NCBI GenBank assembly: GCA_036785375.1
Contig: JAWMAR010000155.1
Location: 1,116,001-1,180,000 of the forward strand
Origin: Leucoraja ocellata
Taxonomy: Eukaryota
Length of the DNA: 64,000 nt
Direction of reading: 5' to 3'
Below are positions 11,530-25,655 of this stretch, piece after piece. The number at the start of each line of letters is the position of its first letter. The stretch's first letter is position 1. The position numbers were made by a program, and so were the translations under genes. The notes under the pieces are model-generated. The model was not told where the DNA came from. It saw only the letters and a list, made by a program, of their open reading frames with translations, and did not search any database.

Positions 11530-11650
11530 GTCTGAAGAAGTGTACCCGACCTGAAACGTCATCCAGCGATGTTGCCTAACTCACTGAGTTACTCCACCAC
11601 TTTGTATCTTTTTTAATAAACCACCATCTGCAATTCCTTGTATCTCCCTT
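11530..11650 (+). mobile_element. Penelope-derived pLTR fragment with degenerate hammerhead motif
   Basis: gtctgaagaag...gacctgaaacgtca followed by gatgttgcct...ctgagttactcca. Confidence 0.6.
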
Positions 11651-11689
11651 TTTATTGTCAAAATGTTGTCCCCAGATGCTCTTGATGAT

Positions 11690-11850
11690 GTCATGTGGTG
11701 AGGATTATCTCTATCTTTTCCATAGGTGGACAGAATCCACATGGAAATTCAAGGAGAAGCGCTTGGTCTTCTGGTAGATGGCAGTTAACATAAATCATTG
11801 GGATGACTTTCCCCACCACAGACAGTAGGGAAACTCCTCTGTAGTTACCA
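11690..11850 (-). mobile_element. RTE-clade LINE reverse-transcriptase fragment
   Basis: The peptide CGNYRGVSLLSVVGKV...EFPCGFCP...IEIILT resembles the RTE RT motif CGNYRGISLLS...ESQCGFR. Confidence 0.7.
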
Positions 11851-14309
11851 CACATACATTCAAACATGTGTACACACATAATTGTTTACATAACCACTCA
11901 CCCACAATGCACAAAAACATGCATACCATGTTACGATTGCTTTCATGCCTCACACATACAAACACTTGCAAGAAATCACAAGCATCTCAGGCAGTCACAT
12001 GCACGTGTGCACACATCTTTTGGATTTTGTGAGCATTTAATTTCACATTGCACACATATAAAAACAATCATGTAACCCAAAAGATGTGTGCACATGTGCA
12101 GTTATACTGATGCTAATGCTACAAGTTATCAGCCTGTAATATTAACTCTGATGTTTCTCTCTCCACAGATGCTGCCTGATTTGCTGAATATTTCCCTTTA
12201 TTTAAGATTTCCTGCATTTGCTGTGCCAGCATTGCTTTTTTTTCCTCTCACCTCCGTTCCTATTTATCCCCTTCTATTTATATAAACAAGATAGATGAGC
12301 TATGATTAAGAAGCCTTCATCACACTCTCTTAGCCAGCGCCATTATTTTTTTGATCTTTCAGTTATTTTTGGTCTCTTCCGTGTTACAGATATTTTCTGT
12401 TCTTTCCAGATTGCCCTTATCCACAATTTAAAATATTTCGACAGATTTCCAATATTTCCTTGTTCTCATTAAGGGTCATCGTCCTATAATGTTGACCATG
12501 ATTTTGTCTTTTCACATATGCTGCCTCACCTGCTGAGTATTTCTGCCACCTCGGTTTATTATATCATACTAGTTCCTTACATGCCCTTCTGGGAAACAGA
12601 TCCAAAGACACGTTAAATGATTCACCCATCCCTCATTAATAACATACAGTTTTGCTTTGAATTTACAGTGCCAAGAAATAGTAAGCAGAATTGAATCCAG
12701 ATTCTTTGAATCAATTGTGTTACTATTCTCTGTTTGTGTTCTGGGAGTTGTTTCGTCTTGAATCTGGCTTGGCAGCTTATAACAGTATGGTTCTTTCTGG
12801 CATCTCATTGCCTCCAAATCAACATAAAAATTCAAATTCAGTAAATAAAGTGACAAGCTGTATTTTGTCAATCAATCAAAGGTGTCTTGTCCTTTTCTTA
12901 TTACTGATATTGCTGTGATTTATTTACATTTTAATTATTCAGATGTTTATTATGTACAATGGGATGAAATTTGGAGCCTCATATTTTCTTTCTACACATT
13001 CAGTGCATGCTGCAATTATAGCCACAGATATCTGTTTATTTGATGAATTCTGTTTCTTCTACATAGTTTGATAAATAAGAAAATAAGTCAAAACCTACTT
13101 CATATACAGTAATTAAGGTGAAAAATCTAGTCATGATGCAAATCCTTAATTGGACTCCAGGAGAGATATGCGAAATTTCTCTTTAATAATACGAGATGAC
13201 TGGGGACAGAAAAACAAAGCATGCTAAAATATGGTTTAGAAGTTCAATTAATCATGAACTAGAAATCATCCAATTTAGCATTCCTCATTCAGTAGCTCTC
13301 TAGATTCAGGTAATGTTCCTTTAATCATCTGATTGCATTATTGAGCCTTTTTTTATTTTGGATGTGTAATACAAAATTTGTATTCTATATCTTCATTTTT
13401 TTTTAAGTCTTCTGAAACCTTTGGATAGTCTGTGTGTATTATGGCAAATCACTTCTATCCAATGTTTAAGTGAATCATTAGGATTTTTTTTCAATGGTGT
13501 CCCATTAGCATTCATGTTTAATATATGTGTTTTATGGTAACTCATTTAAAAAGTCAAAGGTTTCAGTGTAAAACAAACCTCCCATGTGCAGTTACCTCCT
13601 ATAATATGTAGGAGGTTGTGAATATCTCCATGAATGTGATGCACTATATTTCAAAAAATGTGGCTCTTCCAATCACATAGATGTAGAATCACACAGACTG
13701 TGGATGCTGTTAATTTTACACGAAGACCACCTTCCCTTTCACTCGAGAACCAGATATATGTATATATTACATGCATATACATATACATATATATCTACAC
13801 AAGCACACACACATCGACATACATTTATACATACATACCTATTCTTACACACATACATATGCAAACACAAAGCCCATATTTAAAAAATAATGTAGGCCTG
13901 TTTTCCAGGAACATGACTGTGGTTGCCAGTCAGTGCCTGCAGTTTAGTTCAGCACTANNNNNNNNNNNNNNNNNNNNNNNNNNNNNNNNNNNNNNNNNNN
14001 NNNNNNNNNNNNNNNNNNNNNNNNNNNNNNNNNNNNNNNNNNNNNNNNNNNNNNNNNNNNNNNNNNNNNNNNNNNNNNNNNNNNNNNNNNNNNNNNNNNN
14101 NNNNNNNNNNNNNNNNNCTCATATTTGACATCATCGGTACCACTGGGAAACATTTTAAGCTGCTCTTTCCTCTTCTTAAGCAGTGTCTTGGGGTTGAGGA
14201 TGACTCCGTTCTCCTTCAGTTCTGTGGGTACAGAGGTGACTAATGGGTCCAATGCAAGATTTGTAGACACTGTCAGAAGAGTTGCTTAGCAGGGGAAGGG
14301 GCTCAAGTG

Positions 14310-14770
14310 AGGACGCCAGCATTCATTGCCTATTCCAATCTCCCCTCGGGACGGTGGCCTTACTGATCCAATTTGCTCCTTCTTATGAAGACATACTCAA
14401 GAGTACCGTTGAATAGAGAGGTCCAGGATTTTGACTGAGTGATAATGATGAAACAGCAAAGTATTTCCAGGTCAGGATGGTGTGCGATTTAAAAGGCGGT
14501 CTGAAGGTGATGTTTTTCTTTGATTGCTGCTCTCATGGGTTTAAAAGGTCCTGCCAATTGAGTTAGTACTATACATTTGATAGATGGCGTGAACTACAGC
14601 CACATTGTGATAGTGGTGGTGGGTGTTAATGGTCTGTATGGATGATTGGGAGCCAATAATGTAGGCTAATTAATCTTGGAAGCTGCCAAACGACTTGAGT
14701 GTTGTCAGTGCTGCACTCATCCAAGCGATTATAAAGTACTCTATCATACTCCTGATTTGTGCCTCGCAGA
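14310..14770 (-). mobile_element. Old LINE fragment (CR1-like)
   Basis: Degenerate repeat-like sequence (ccaggattttgac, tatttccaggtcaggatggtgtg, ctgcactcatcca). The family assignment is tentative. Confidence 0.4.
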
Positions 14771-15289
14771 TAAAGGCTAAACTTAGTTTCCTAAACTTCA
14801 TTTTAAACTATTCTAATACTAATTTTTTCATTCAGCTTTGCTTTTCCTCATCCTGTCTCATCACAAGTTCTGTGCAACATTTAAAGGACAAAGGACGTCC
14901 CTGTGACTAACATGCAGCTTCACTAATCCTTATGGCGGTTTCCATCATACTGACATGCCAGCATGTGGTGATCAAAATTTATATTATGCCAGAACTAAAT
15001 CCTAAACCCTGATTTCTCAACCCAACATGATTTAACAGCAAGGTGAGCAATATGATTTAGTGTGCTATCTATCCTGTTATGAAAACAACTGCTTGGGAAA
15101 GAACATAAATGATCTCTGATTCATGTTCCCATATGCTGAGTGACAGGACAAGTTCCCGATCAGTCTTTACATCTGGAAGAAAACAAAGTATTTCGCAGCA
15201 CAAATGGGTTAAAACTTCAGAGGACGGTCATTCTAGGATGATCGTGTACTCTTCTAGGTTATCACAATGGGAAATTCTTCAGGGATCTT

Positions 15290-15700
15290 GTGAACTGCTT
15301 TTTTCCTGCTCCCTAGTTTTGAAGAATGAGAGGGGACTTGATGGAATCATATAAGATCATAAGGTGTCATGACAGGGCAGATGTGGAGAATGCAGAAGGT
15401 GAATGTAGGATGCGGGGGGCTGAAGTAATTGCTCAAAAAGACAGGATCACCTATTTAACATAGGAATTAATCAATTCGCTTAGATGGCTTGAGTGAAAAT
15501 CTTCCACAAAGAGCATCAAAGAGCCTTGAAGTATTTTTAAGGCAGAGTAAGATAGAAACTTGATAAACAATGTAGTGAAAGCTTACCATGAGTCAAAGAG
15601 AATGCAGAATTGAGGTTACTACCAGATGAAACATTATCTTATTAAATTGCAGAGGAGGTTTACAAGTCAAGTAATCTACTCTATATTCATAGGAAGAGCT
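15290..15700 (+). mobile_element. Old CR1 3' fragment
   Basis: gaagaatgagaggggacttgat (RRMRGDL) and gacagggcagatgtggaga motifs. Confidence 0.6.
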
Positions 15701-16334
15701 GCAGTAAATTTGATAGAAAGCCACAGACATGGCATAGAGTGGATTATTGGCAACGTTCCAATGTTGTTTGGCAAGGACTGAAGGATCTTCCATGCTTTGA
15801 TTTCAGACAATACCCTATTTCAATGAAGAACAGTTTCAATAAAGGGTTGGATCAACACCAACAGAATTCGTGTGTGCTATAACTTGGCTATAAAGATCCT
15901 GGTTGACTCCAATGAGAAACTGAATGAAATTCTCTTCTGCAGTATAAGGTTAAGTTCAGACTTTGTCGCAAGAAAGCGATCTGCTGGAACTGCTCAGTAG
16001 GTCAGGCTGCATCTGTGGAGTCAGAAGGATAGGAAATGTTTCGGGTCAGAACCTGTAATGTCCTGACTTTAACCATTCAAATTTCATTTTATTATAACAG
16101 CAAATGTCTATCTAATGAGGATATCTTGTGTAGCCTCTGAAGTTTGGAAGAAAGAAAGGTGATGTAATTGAAAAAATATAGCAATTCTACCACCATCCAT
16201 CATGTTGCGTGATAGAATATTTAGGTCAACATGGCTCCGACTGAACAAAAAAGTGTTCCTTATTTCTTTCCTGAGAAGGTGGTTGAAGTCCCAAACCAGG
16301 GAAGTATTAAAATCATAATCTTCAGACGGATATA

Positions 16335-16715
16335 GAGTCATAGAATCATGCAGCGTGGAAACAGGCTATTCTGCCCAACTCACCCACAGCCATCAACATG
16401 CCCCATTTACACTAGTCCCACCTGCCTGCATTTGGTCCATATACTTCTAAACCCATCCCTTCCATGTACAAATGTTTTTTAAGCATTGTGATATTACCTG
16501 CCTAATCTACCTCCTGTGCAGCTCATTCCATATACTGATCACGACTTGTGTATAAAAGCTTCCCCTCAGGTTCCTATTAAATATTTTCCCCCTCAGCTTA
16601 AACCTATGTCCTCTGGTTCTTGATTCCCCTACTGTGGGCAAAAGACTGTGCTTTTACTATATCTATTATCTATTCCTCTCATGATCTTATACAACTTTAT
16701 AAGATTAACCCTCTT
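16335..16715 (-). mobile_element. CR1-like LINE 3' fragment
   Basis: (agagtcat)n tail, ggaaacaggc motif and reverse ORF end (cccctcaggttcctattaaa, cctctcatgatcttata). Confidence 0.75.
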
Positions 16716-18324
16716 ATAAAGAGGGGGGATAAAATTAGAAAATAAAAAATCAAATTGTTTCTTTCAAGTCAGCCTAGCCTGTATATCTGCACATCAGCTG
16801 CACAACCAGGAAATAGTGAAATAAATTGTGTATATCTTTATTTCAGATCATCCGAAAAAAGGAAAATGGAAAATGGAACTCCAAGTGAGAATTGAACACA
16901 CCGATGTTTTAGAAAAGAGTCCATAAGGTTTTAATCAAATTGCATCAGAATTTCTCAAGATTCCAGGTATATTTTATTTCACATAATGAGGAGGGAGTGG
17001 GGGGGGGGGGGGGGGGGGGGAAGTATGAGAAAAGCAAGCCTTTTGTTTATTTACTGAGGATGAAACGCGGTCTTTATCTCACAAAGTCTGAATGGCTCAT
17101 GTTTTCTCTAACTAGGTCTCGCTGCATGGTCACCGTTTCCTGCCTGGTGTTCATGTTCATCATAACTTTTTTACATCTGTCTCCTTGCTCCTTTGAAGAG
17201 TCTTTGACCTGGTAAGTTGAACATTCTTGGACTGCGCTTCTTGGGCAATATATTGATATCCTTGTGTTCTGTGACACAGACATGAAGTTCCTTTCTCTGT
17301 TACCCAGATGTTTCTGTTGGTAGGGAACATAGCGACAGCCTACATGCTGGGCAATGTTGAAACTAGAGAGCCTTGAAGTCCACATTTTCTAATCAGTGTT
17401 GAAACTCTTTCTAACTTAGGGTCTTTACCATCCCTGACAGATAAAAGGATCTGTGGACAGGATGGCCTTTGCACAGTCTTCCTCAGACCACCCCAAGATG
17501 ACCCGACACCCCAGTGTGCACCTGCCAATAAGTTTAAATGCTATGATGGCTTTCTTCTTTGATGTGATCTTACAATGAACCCAGTGACCTTTGATGGTTC
17601 TTTATCTTGCATGTGTTCTTGTAAGATAGAAAATGAGATCCTTTTAAAACAACTAGTGACATCAAATCAGCAAGCTTGTTTTCACCGCAGGCAAATATAT
17701 TTGTACCTCTATCTCATACTAACTACCGATTCACGTATGTAAATAGAGGCATGATATTGAGAGAAAACAATTAGTGTTGAGCATATTATGTTACATCATG
17801 TTAACAATATTTTTTTAAGATGCTGGATACCAACTACATTAGAGAGATCAATAAGGGGTGATTTTATTTTTGCGAGCCTAATACATTCTGCGTAACGGTT
17901 TGAGAAACACCAATGATAACAAACTGTTGGAAATGCAAAGGATTACAAAGGTAAGAAAACACTTCTGTTACAACTAAAATACATTTGTAGAGATTCCTCC
18001 AAAATAGCATTAATGTATTTTCTAAAAATATTTACTTGATTAGGAAGGTGTCAAATGATCTGGGGAGAAGGCAGCCAAATGAGGTTAAGGGGGGAAATAA
18101 ATCAGCCGTGATCGAAAGGCGGTGTAAACATGGTGGGGCTGCACAGCTTAATTCTGCTACTATTTCTTATGGTATATTTTCTTATGGGCCAATAGGTTTC
18201 TAAGTAAATATTTTAACATGTACAGCAAGCATTTGGATTTGTTAGCTCTCATTTTTTGTGCTATGCATAGAAACAAAAAATACGTACAAATACATTTATT
18301 TGATGAATTGTACCTGACACATTT

Positions 18325-18631
18325 TAGTTTAATTTAGTTTAGAGATACAGCGCGGAAACAAGCCCTTCAGCCCACCGGATCCACGCCGACCCGCACATTA
18401 ACACTATCCTACACCCACTAGGGACTATTTTTACATTTACCAAGCCAATTAACCTACAAACCTGTATGACTTGGGAGTGTGGGAGGATATCGAAGATCTC
18501 AGAGAAAACCCACGCAGGTCATGGGGAGAAGGTACAAACTCCGTACAGACTGCACCTGTAGTCGGGATCGAACCTGTGTCTCCGGCGTTGCATTTGCTGT
18601 AAGGCAGCAACTCTACCGCTGCACCACCGTG
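18325..18631 (-). mobile_element. Near full-length V-SINE (HE1-like)
   Basis: Reverse strand has head cacggtggtgcagcggtagagttgctgcc, B-box ggttcgatcccg, body and (ctaaa)n tail. Confidence 0.9.
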
Positions 18632-18915
18632 AAACTGTTACCATAGGTGACAGTAACCATATAATAGGTTACAGCCGTTCCATTCAATATGATGGAGGTG
18701 ACCTAATAGAAATTAGTCAAATATTAATGCAACTCATTGTTTCCGACTGAGTTAGCACCCATGCCACTATTTTGGAAATCAATAGCCACCCATACCACTA
18801 TTTTGGAAATCCAGCTACCGCACCCTCATAGCCAATATGGTTGAGCAAGTACTCATTAGAAAATGAACATTCCCTATAAATGCAATTCAGTGCAGTCATG
18901 AACAATGTCAGGTTA

Positions 18916-19295
18916 ACATAGAACATAGAAAAGTATAGCATTGGCCCAAAAAATCTCTGCCGAACATAATGCCAAGGTCAACTCTTATCTGCTTGTCCAT
19001 AATCCATATACCCCCATTCCCCAAATACCCATGTGCCTATCCAAAAGTCTCATAAATGCCACAATTGTATCTGTCTCCACCACCACTCCCAAAGCATGAT
19101 CCAACCACTCACCACCCTCTGCTTAAAAAAAAAAATTGTCCCGCACATTTCCTCTAAACTTTGCTCCTCTCACCATTAATCTGTGCCCTCTGGTATTTAA
19201 TATTTCCAACAGAAAAATAATCTGACTGTCTGGTCTATCTATGCATTATGATTTTGTATACTTCTATCAGGTCTATCCCTGCAACTTCTGACATA
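18916..19295 (-). mobile_element. CR1-like LINE 3' fragment
   Basis: (acataga)n tail and reverse ORF-end motifs (caccaccctctg, acttctatcaggtc). Confidence 0.65.
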
Positions 19296-20519
19296 CTCTG
19301 GACAAGGAATTGGGTTGCATTCTCATACATACAGTATTTTGTACATGGAATTTATTATTTTAAGTCAGAGTAAAATGACGCATTTGCTGTGGATCAAACT
19401 TGTATAATAATGTGGTGCCCATGCAAAGTGTGTTCACAGCGTACCATGTTTACATATTCTGTTGTGCTGTAGTAAGTAAGAGTTTCACTGTTCTATCTGG
19501 GATATATGACAATAAAACACTCTCGACTTTTGACACCATCAACATCCAGAGCTTATTCCATATGATTAGTATTCAGATATCTGGAGATCTGGAGGAAAAA
19601 CATAAGCTCCCAACCCCTGTACCCCATGACCTGGACCACCTACACAATAGAATATTACAATGGCAGGACCTTAAACAAAGTGTTCAATGCCCTGTTAAGC
19701 ATCATGTGTTCTTATCTACATGCCATATATTTTCCAGGCCTCATCTTACGTGAGATTCGATGGACTTTTTCATCACACCAATGCAATCTATACAATGTAC
19801 AGTCAGTACATCAGCAGAGCTCTGTTACTGTATGTTCTTTTGTTTACTAAGAATGTTAGAATGTCTTTCTTTTTTGAAAGAGTGCGAAAGAAAGTGTGGA
19901 TAAAATACTACAGGGGGTGAATATCCTCAATGGAAACATCCCACAGGTAAAGCTTTCTGACAGGATATTTGGTGGAATTCATTTTCAACTAATTTCCTAC
20001 ATTCGAAGATTTCCCTTCAACCTTTTTGCAGTTATTGACCCTTCCTTTCTTCCTGCAATTTGCAGAGTGTGACAGGTCACTCACGTGTGATACAAACTTG
20101 ACAGTGTTTTGTAACTGCGACTGATAATTAAAAAGCAATCAAATGCCCTTGTCAACTAATACAACCGAAATGAAGGGAGTTTGAACAGCAGTTTTGGTTA
20201 CCACAATATGCTCTATTTGGCCTTTCCCCACTTCATCATAGATGCAATAGGACAGCTCTGTTACTTACTGCTTAAATCCTTTCTCTGATGATGACCACTC
20301 TGCACAGTTTTTAGATGACAGGTTAATTTCACAGAAATACTGAGCCATAGTACAAATATTCGAACCATGCATCCCAAATACTTCTCCAACCTTGCTAAAT
20401 CCCAAGGCAAGATAAAATGGTCCCCATTACATGCATTATCAAGCATCATAGGATATGAATGGTTGGAAGGTAGGAACTGTCCACTTCAGAGAAGGGTTGG
20501 TCTATTTTTACAGATGGAC

Positions 20520-21030
20520 CGTAGAAAGTACTCTGTCGGGTTTCAACACAGTTTGGTTTGGGAACAGCTCTTCCCAAGACTTGTGGATGTAGCGCAGTCC
20601 ATCTCACAGACCAAACTCCCCACCACTGACTCCATCTACACTTCACACTGATCGTAAAAGCAGCCTCACCCTGGTTATTCTTTCCTCTCCTTGATCCTGA
20701 TGGGCAAGAGGTACAGAAGCTTGAAAGCATACACCACCAGACTCAGGAACAGCTTCTTACCCTCTGGTATGAGGCTTCTGAATGGCCATTCCATATACTA
20801 GGGCACTGTATGATTCATATCTACCCCATTCCAGACATTACCTTTGTTTATGGAACTGTGGCACTACAATGCTGGGAACTATATTCTGCACTCTGTATCT
20901 TCCCCTTTGCACTACAATTGCACTTTAATTTGTCTTGACTGTATTTATGCATGATATTATCTAATTTGATTGGATGGCAATCAAACAATCACTGTACCTC
21001 ATGACAATATTAAATCTAAACCTAAACCAC
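20520..21030 (+). mobile_element. Rex1/Babar-like LINE 3' fragment
   Basis: Degenerate ORF end (RLVDVAQSISQTKLPTTDSIYTSH...TTRLRNSFLPS) plus the tail shared with 2485-2630. Confidence 0.65.
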
Positions 21031-23385
21031 TGTCTCATTTTCCTCAATAAAAATATAGAACTACATCAGAAGGAGACCAGCTATTCAATGCGTATATGTT
21101 TCGTATATGCATCCTGTATATGCAGAGTTCTGTGACATGGATGAGTTGAACTATGGCAATGAAAAGTCTGTACTATAATTGGAAAATCATATCTTGTCAC
21201 AAGACAAATCTGCACTTTGTGAATTGAGAATGGGAACATTCACTCAAACGGTTAACATTTTAAGCGTTGATATTGGTAATATGCACAAAGCTTATCCTCA
21301 TCTGAAATAATTCAAACTGGAGCTCGCAACATAAATAAGAAACCAACCTGACCAGAATAAGTTCAGCGCCTACTGGTTTATGCTTGCTCTAATGAAACCT
21401 AAAACAAATTTTAATTAAAAATAAAAAAACAAGGCGATGCTGTTAATATTTTCTTTGCTGGAAGCAATCCTTGAAATTAAACAAATAGCCCTCAGAACCA
21501 ATTTACCGCAAATTATCAGATATATGCCGACCAATTTAGCAATTGTGATAAGATAAGAAAATTATTGATTGCAACATAACTTTGTTTCACACGACATGCT
21601 AAAAATATTTCTCCCTAATCATACAACACTTGTGGTATAAAAACGTCAAAGTGTGAACTATTAAAGCAATCCTGGAATGGGAAAGAAAATTCTGTGCAGT
21701 CTGTTAGGATATCTAACCATCTGCAATAAACTTTTATGTAACTCATGCTTATTATATTTTGAGTTATCATCTGTACTTTTTGAACAATATTAAATAACTG
21801 GATTTCTGCATTGATGTGATTAAGATATTCATAATCATTTCAATAACAGGACTTTTAAAGTACATAGCAGTGATACCTTTACAGTGCCTTTTATGCCTTT
21901 TCATTATGGTGCCAAACTAGCTTAGCAACGATACTGAAATTATAACAACAACTCATATTGTACTTATGTTGGAAGTCCGCTGACTGCAATATTTACTTCT
22001 TGCTATTATGAAAAATTAGCTAGCATCAAAATGCAACTTTATCAGTTCTTGAAAATTAAATTTACTGATGGTCACACTTTCTGATTGATGAACCAGACAA
22101 AAGGAGCTGTAATAAGAAAATTGTCTCTATCTTTACTGCAAAGATGCATGATTTTATGATGAACTAAACTCATATTTACATAAACCAGAACAAGTTGTCA
22201 AACTCCGGAGTTCACAAGAATTTAAATATTCTTTATCATTGCTCTAAATTTTACCAAGGAAACAGCCTTCAATTCTGTAAACAAGCTTGAATATCGCAGT
22301 ATTTAAATATAGTTGATACATGAGTGGTAAGAAGAAAGAGCAAATAACTAGTTCATGATAATAAAATGCACCAAAAGTTCTCATTAATGCTCAGCTGTTA
22401 CCATGAGACATTAACATTTCAAAGCTTCACCCATTTCTGTGAAATTACAATTTTTTTGCCAGTCAAGCAAAAGAAAAAAAGCTTATTCAAATTAAACAAA
22501 TTAATACTAACTGTGAAACTTCAGAGGAAGGAATTTCCTATAAATATAGTAAACCCATGTACAATAATACAACATGGTCATATTTTCCAGGAGTTTGTTA
22601 CTAAAATATTTAATAAACCTCTGGAAGTATTAACAAAAATTCCAAAATACATCATATTTAACATTAATAAACATTAATTGAATGATATGTTCATTATAAT
22701 AATGCATACAACTGCAAATAAATACACAAAATCTAGACTGAAGCTAAAATGGTAAATCTCAAATACACAGAATTCATGCTAAATTGCTTTAAAGGATTAG
22801 TGACCTGAATAATTGATATATTTAATAAATAGAAGTAATTAGAATTTTTTTTCCCATTCCTCCTTTCTGTTAAAAGAGCACAAAAATATTCCACCATAAA
22901 TCGATATTTTAGGATTCAGAAATGCTGCAATCTGGAGATCCATTCTATAATTTTTGCCAGAATTTTGAAAATCAGCTAACTACTGTTTGGGGGAACAATT
23001 TAAATACTCATCAGTGTTTTAGAGATCCCTCGTGTCATAAACCAATATTACAATATTTTAAGATCCATTCTATCATTAACAAATGATTGAGGATGTATCC
23101 CTGCCAATGTATCCATCACTGCTTTGATTAATTCTGATATAAACAGGAGTTTTGAGCCATTTCATCACTATCAATGTTGTGTTGATACGTTCTGTCATTC
23201 CATCTCTGTTTCCTCCAACGAAAGATATGTCAACAACCTTGTCCCAAACAACTAAAAAACTAAAACTAAACCCATTTGGATGCATGGTTTTCTACCATTG
23301 TTTTGAGAATTATGGTCTATCTCTCCCTTAAGCACACTAAGATAGGATAAGTTCAGCATATTTAATTGTAGTATTTCATTTTTTT

Positions 23386-23540
23386 AGTTTCGAGATACAG
23401 CATGGAAACAGGCCCTTCGGTCCACCGAGTCCGCACCGACCATCAATCCCCGCACATTAACACTATCTTACACATACTAGGGACAATTTACACATAGATC
23501 AAACTAATTAACCGACAAACCTGCATGTCTTTGGAGTGAT
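23386..23540 (-). mobile_element. V-SINE 3' half
   Basis: gagatacagcatggaaacaggcccttcgg...ctagggacaattt...tctttggagtg. Confidence 0.8.
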
Positions 23541-25464
23541 CTGGTATTTGGTCTTTGGATTTTTTTCATTTCTACCTGAAAAGGTACAATAATAGTAAGA
23601 AGTTGCATCCCCTTATTTTTCATGCTTTTGAAAGTGGATAATTCAGCTTAAAGTCTATACTCCTCCTTGACTAAAGAATTGAAAATGGAAAGGTAGTACA
23701 GGTAGTTTAAATGCAGCCCAACATCTAGCATGCAATTATCTTTCAGAAGGCTGAGAAATAAGGTGATGCACTTTTAAATCATCATTGCATCCTTACAGCT
23801 GAGATATACGTGGCAGTTTCCCTTCCTGTTTTTATTAAAGATTGTTCAGTAACAAATGCCTACATAAACATTTGAGAAAGTACATTTTCCTTACAATATT
23901 TATCCATTTTGATTTGTTGAGATACGCATGACTCGGGTCTTTCCAGATTTCTGACAACATTTTGGTGACTAATACTGCATATAAATGAAGATGTTTCAAC
24001 CCTTCATTCTTGCATTATTGACTTTCCCCTTGAAGCTAGCATACATATCAATGAGATGAAACTGTTAATCAGTATTTCAGTCTCAGATTCATTCGCTAAA
24101 TAAAAATAGAGCAAGGGTCTTTATACTGTACGAATGTGCTGGACAACCTCCTGTGCAAATGTTGAAGGGTCAACCTGTGAACTTTCTTCAATGGTTTGCT
24201 TACTAGTCCGGGTAACGCTTGGATGATAAATAGTTTAATCTGCAAAGCAGTAGCAATTTAAATTGCTGTTTGGACCCCCACCTTTTAAATGTTTTCACCC
24301 AGCAAAACAATATTGTTTTAATAATTTTTCTCCAGAGATTTCAACCTAATTTCGCCTTAAAACTACACTCAGGAAATTAATGAAGACAACAATCGGTCCG
24401 ACTTGCAAATATCGTATAAGAAAACGGAAACAGGCTGTTTCTGCCACCAGGTCAAATGTGCATTTTAATCATGTTATTAAGATACCTTTGCTGCAAAGCA
24501 AAAGATCAAGGCTTTTCACAACAGGCATTCCTCAGGGTCCCTCCTTCAATGTGCTTAATTCTCTATTGCATTGGTTGGAAGTACTAAAAGAACCTCATTT
24601 TTTCACTTCATCCGGGAAGGCAGTAAACTCACAGTAGGCAAACTTTCTTTCTCCAGTTTCTGAGGCAAATAAATTACATACTATCCATTTAACAGATCTG
24701 CCCATGACATTTAATACAATATATAAATTTATTCTATCACTATTTTACCTTATACACACTTAACTGAAGCAGATATGCACAGGAATGTATTATCCTAACG
24801 GAATGAAACCTTTTGCTGTACATTTAGTAAGATTGCTGCCGCTGAACACTTATTAAATAATCACAGAATATTATCAGTTTTATTTTTCCTTCTTTCGCTG
24901 GATAATATAATAGAAACTTTCTGATATTTCTCACTAAATATATTAGAGGTGAATTGAGTATATTATTTTCCAATTAATGTCCAAACGCATGTTATAAGTT
25001 AGTTTTGTAATAATTAGCAAAGAAAACTAACATTCCAGCTGATCAATTCTTGTGGGTGATTTCAAAAATGTCTTTAGTCAAAACCGCCAGCACTTCATAC
25101 ATCAGTAACCAAGGCCAGCCAGCTTATCTAGCCTTTGCCAGCTGTCAGAGCATTTACACAGAAATGCTTGAATCTCCTACCATGTACTCACTCAAAATTT
25201 ACACTGGCCTAGTAACCTATCAACCAATGAAAAATAAATAGAACTGCCAATGCTCAAATCTAAAACACGAATAGAAATACCTGAATTTAATAATTTCATA
25301 AGCTATAGGAGTAGAATGTCATTAAGCCCATCAAGTCTACTCCAACATTCAATCATGGCTGATCTATATTTCCCTCTCAACCCGATTGTCCTGCCTTCTC
25401 CCCATAAACCCTGGCACCCTTACTCAGAAGAACTCAGACTGTTGAACTGTGGATAAATAAACCA

Positions 25465-25655
25465 ATTAATGTTGCAGTTCAAAGACACTTCATGAGAAAT
25501 TATCAACCAGCATGTCTTTGGCTTGAGGAAACCAGGGGACCTAGGGGAAACCAATGCGGTAACAGCTAGAACATGCAAACTCTGTGCAGACAGCAACTGA
25601 GATAATGATCGGAGGACACTATGCGATTGCAGATCCAACTGCTGCACCACTGTGC
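25465..25655 (-). mobile_element. Old V-SINE 5' part
   Basis: gaggaaaccagg...acatgcaaactctgtgcagacagc...ctgctgcaccactgtgcc. Confidence 0.6.

Noticed and set aside
18540-18631. tRNA-like A/B boxes
   Set aside because: SINE heads continuing into the SINE body, not tRNA genes.
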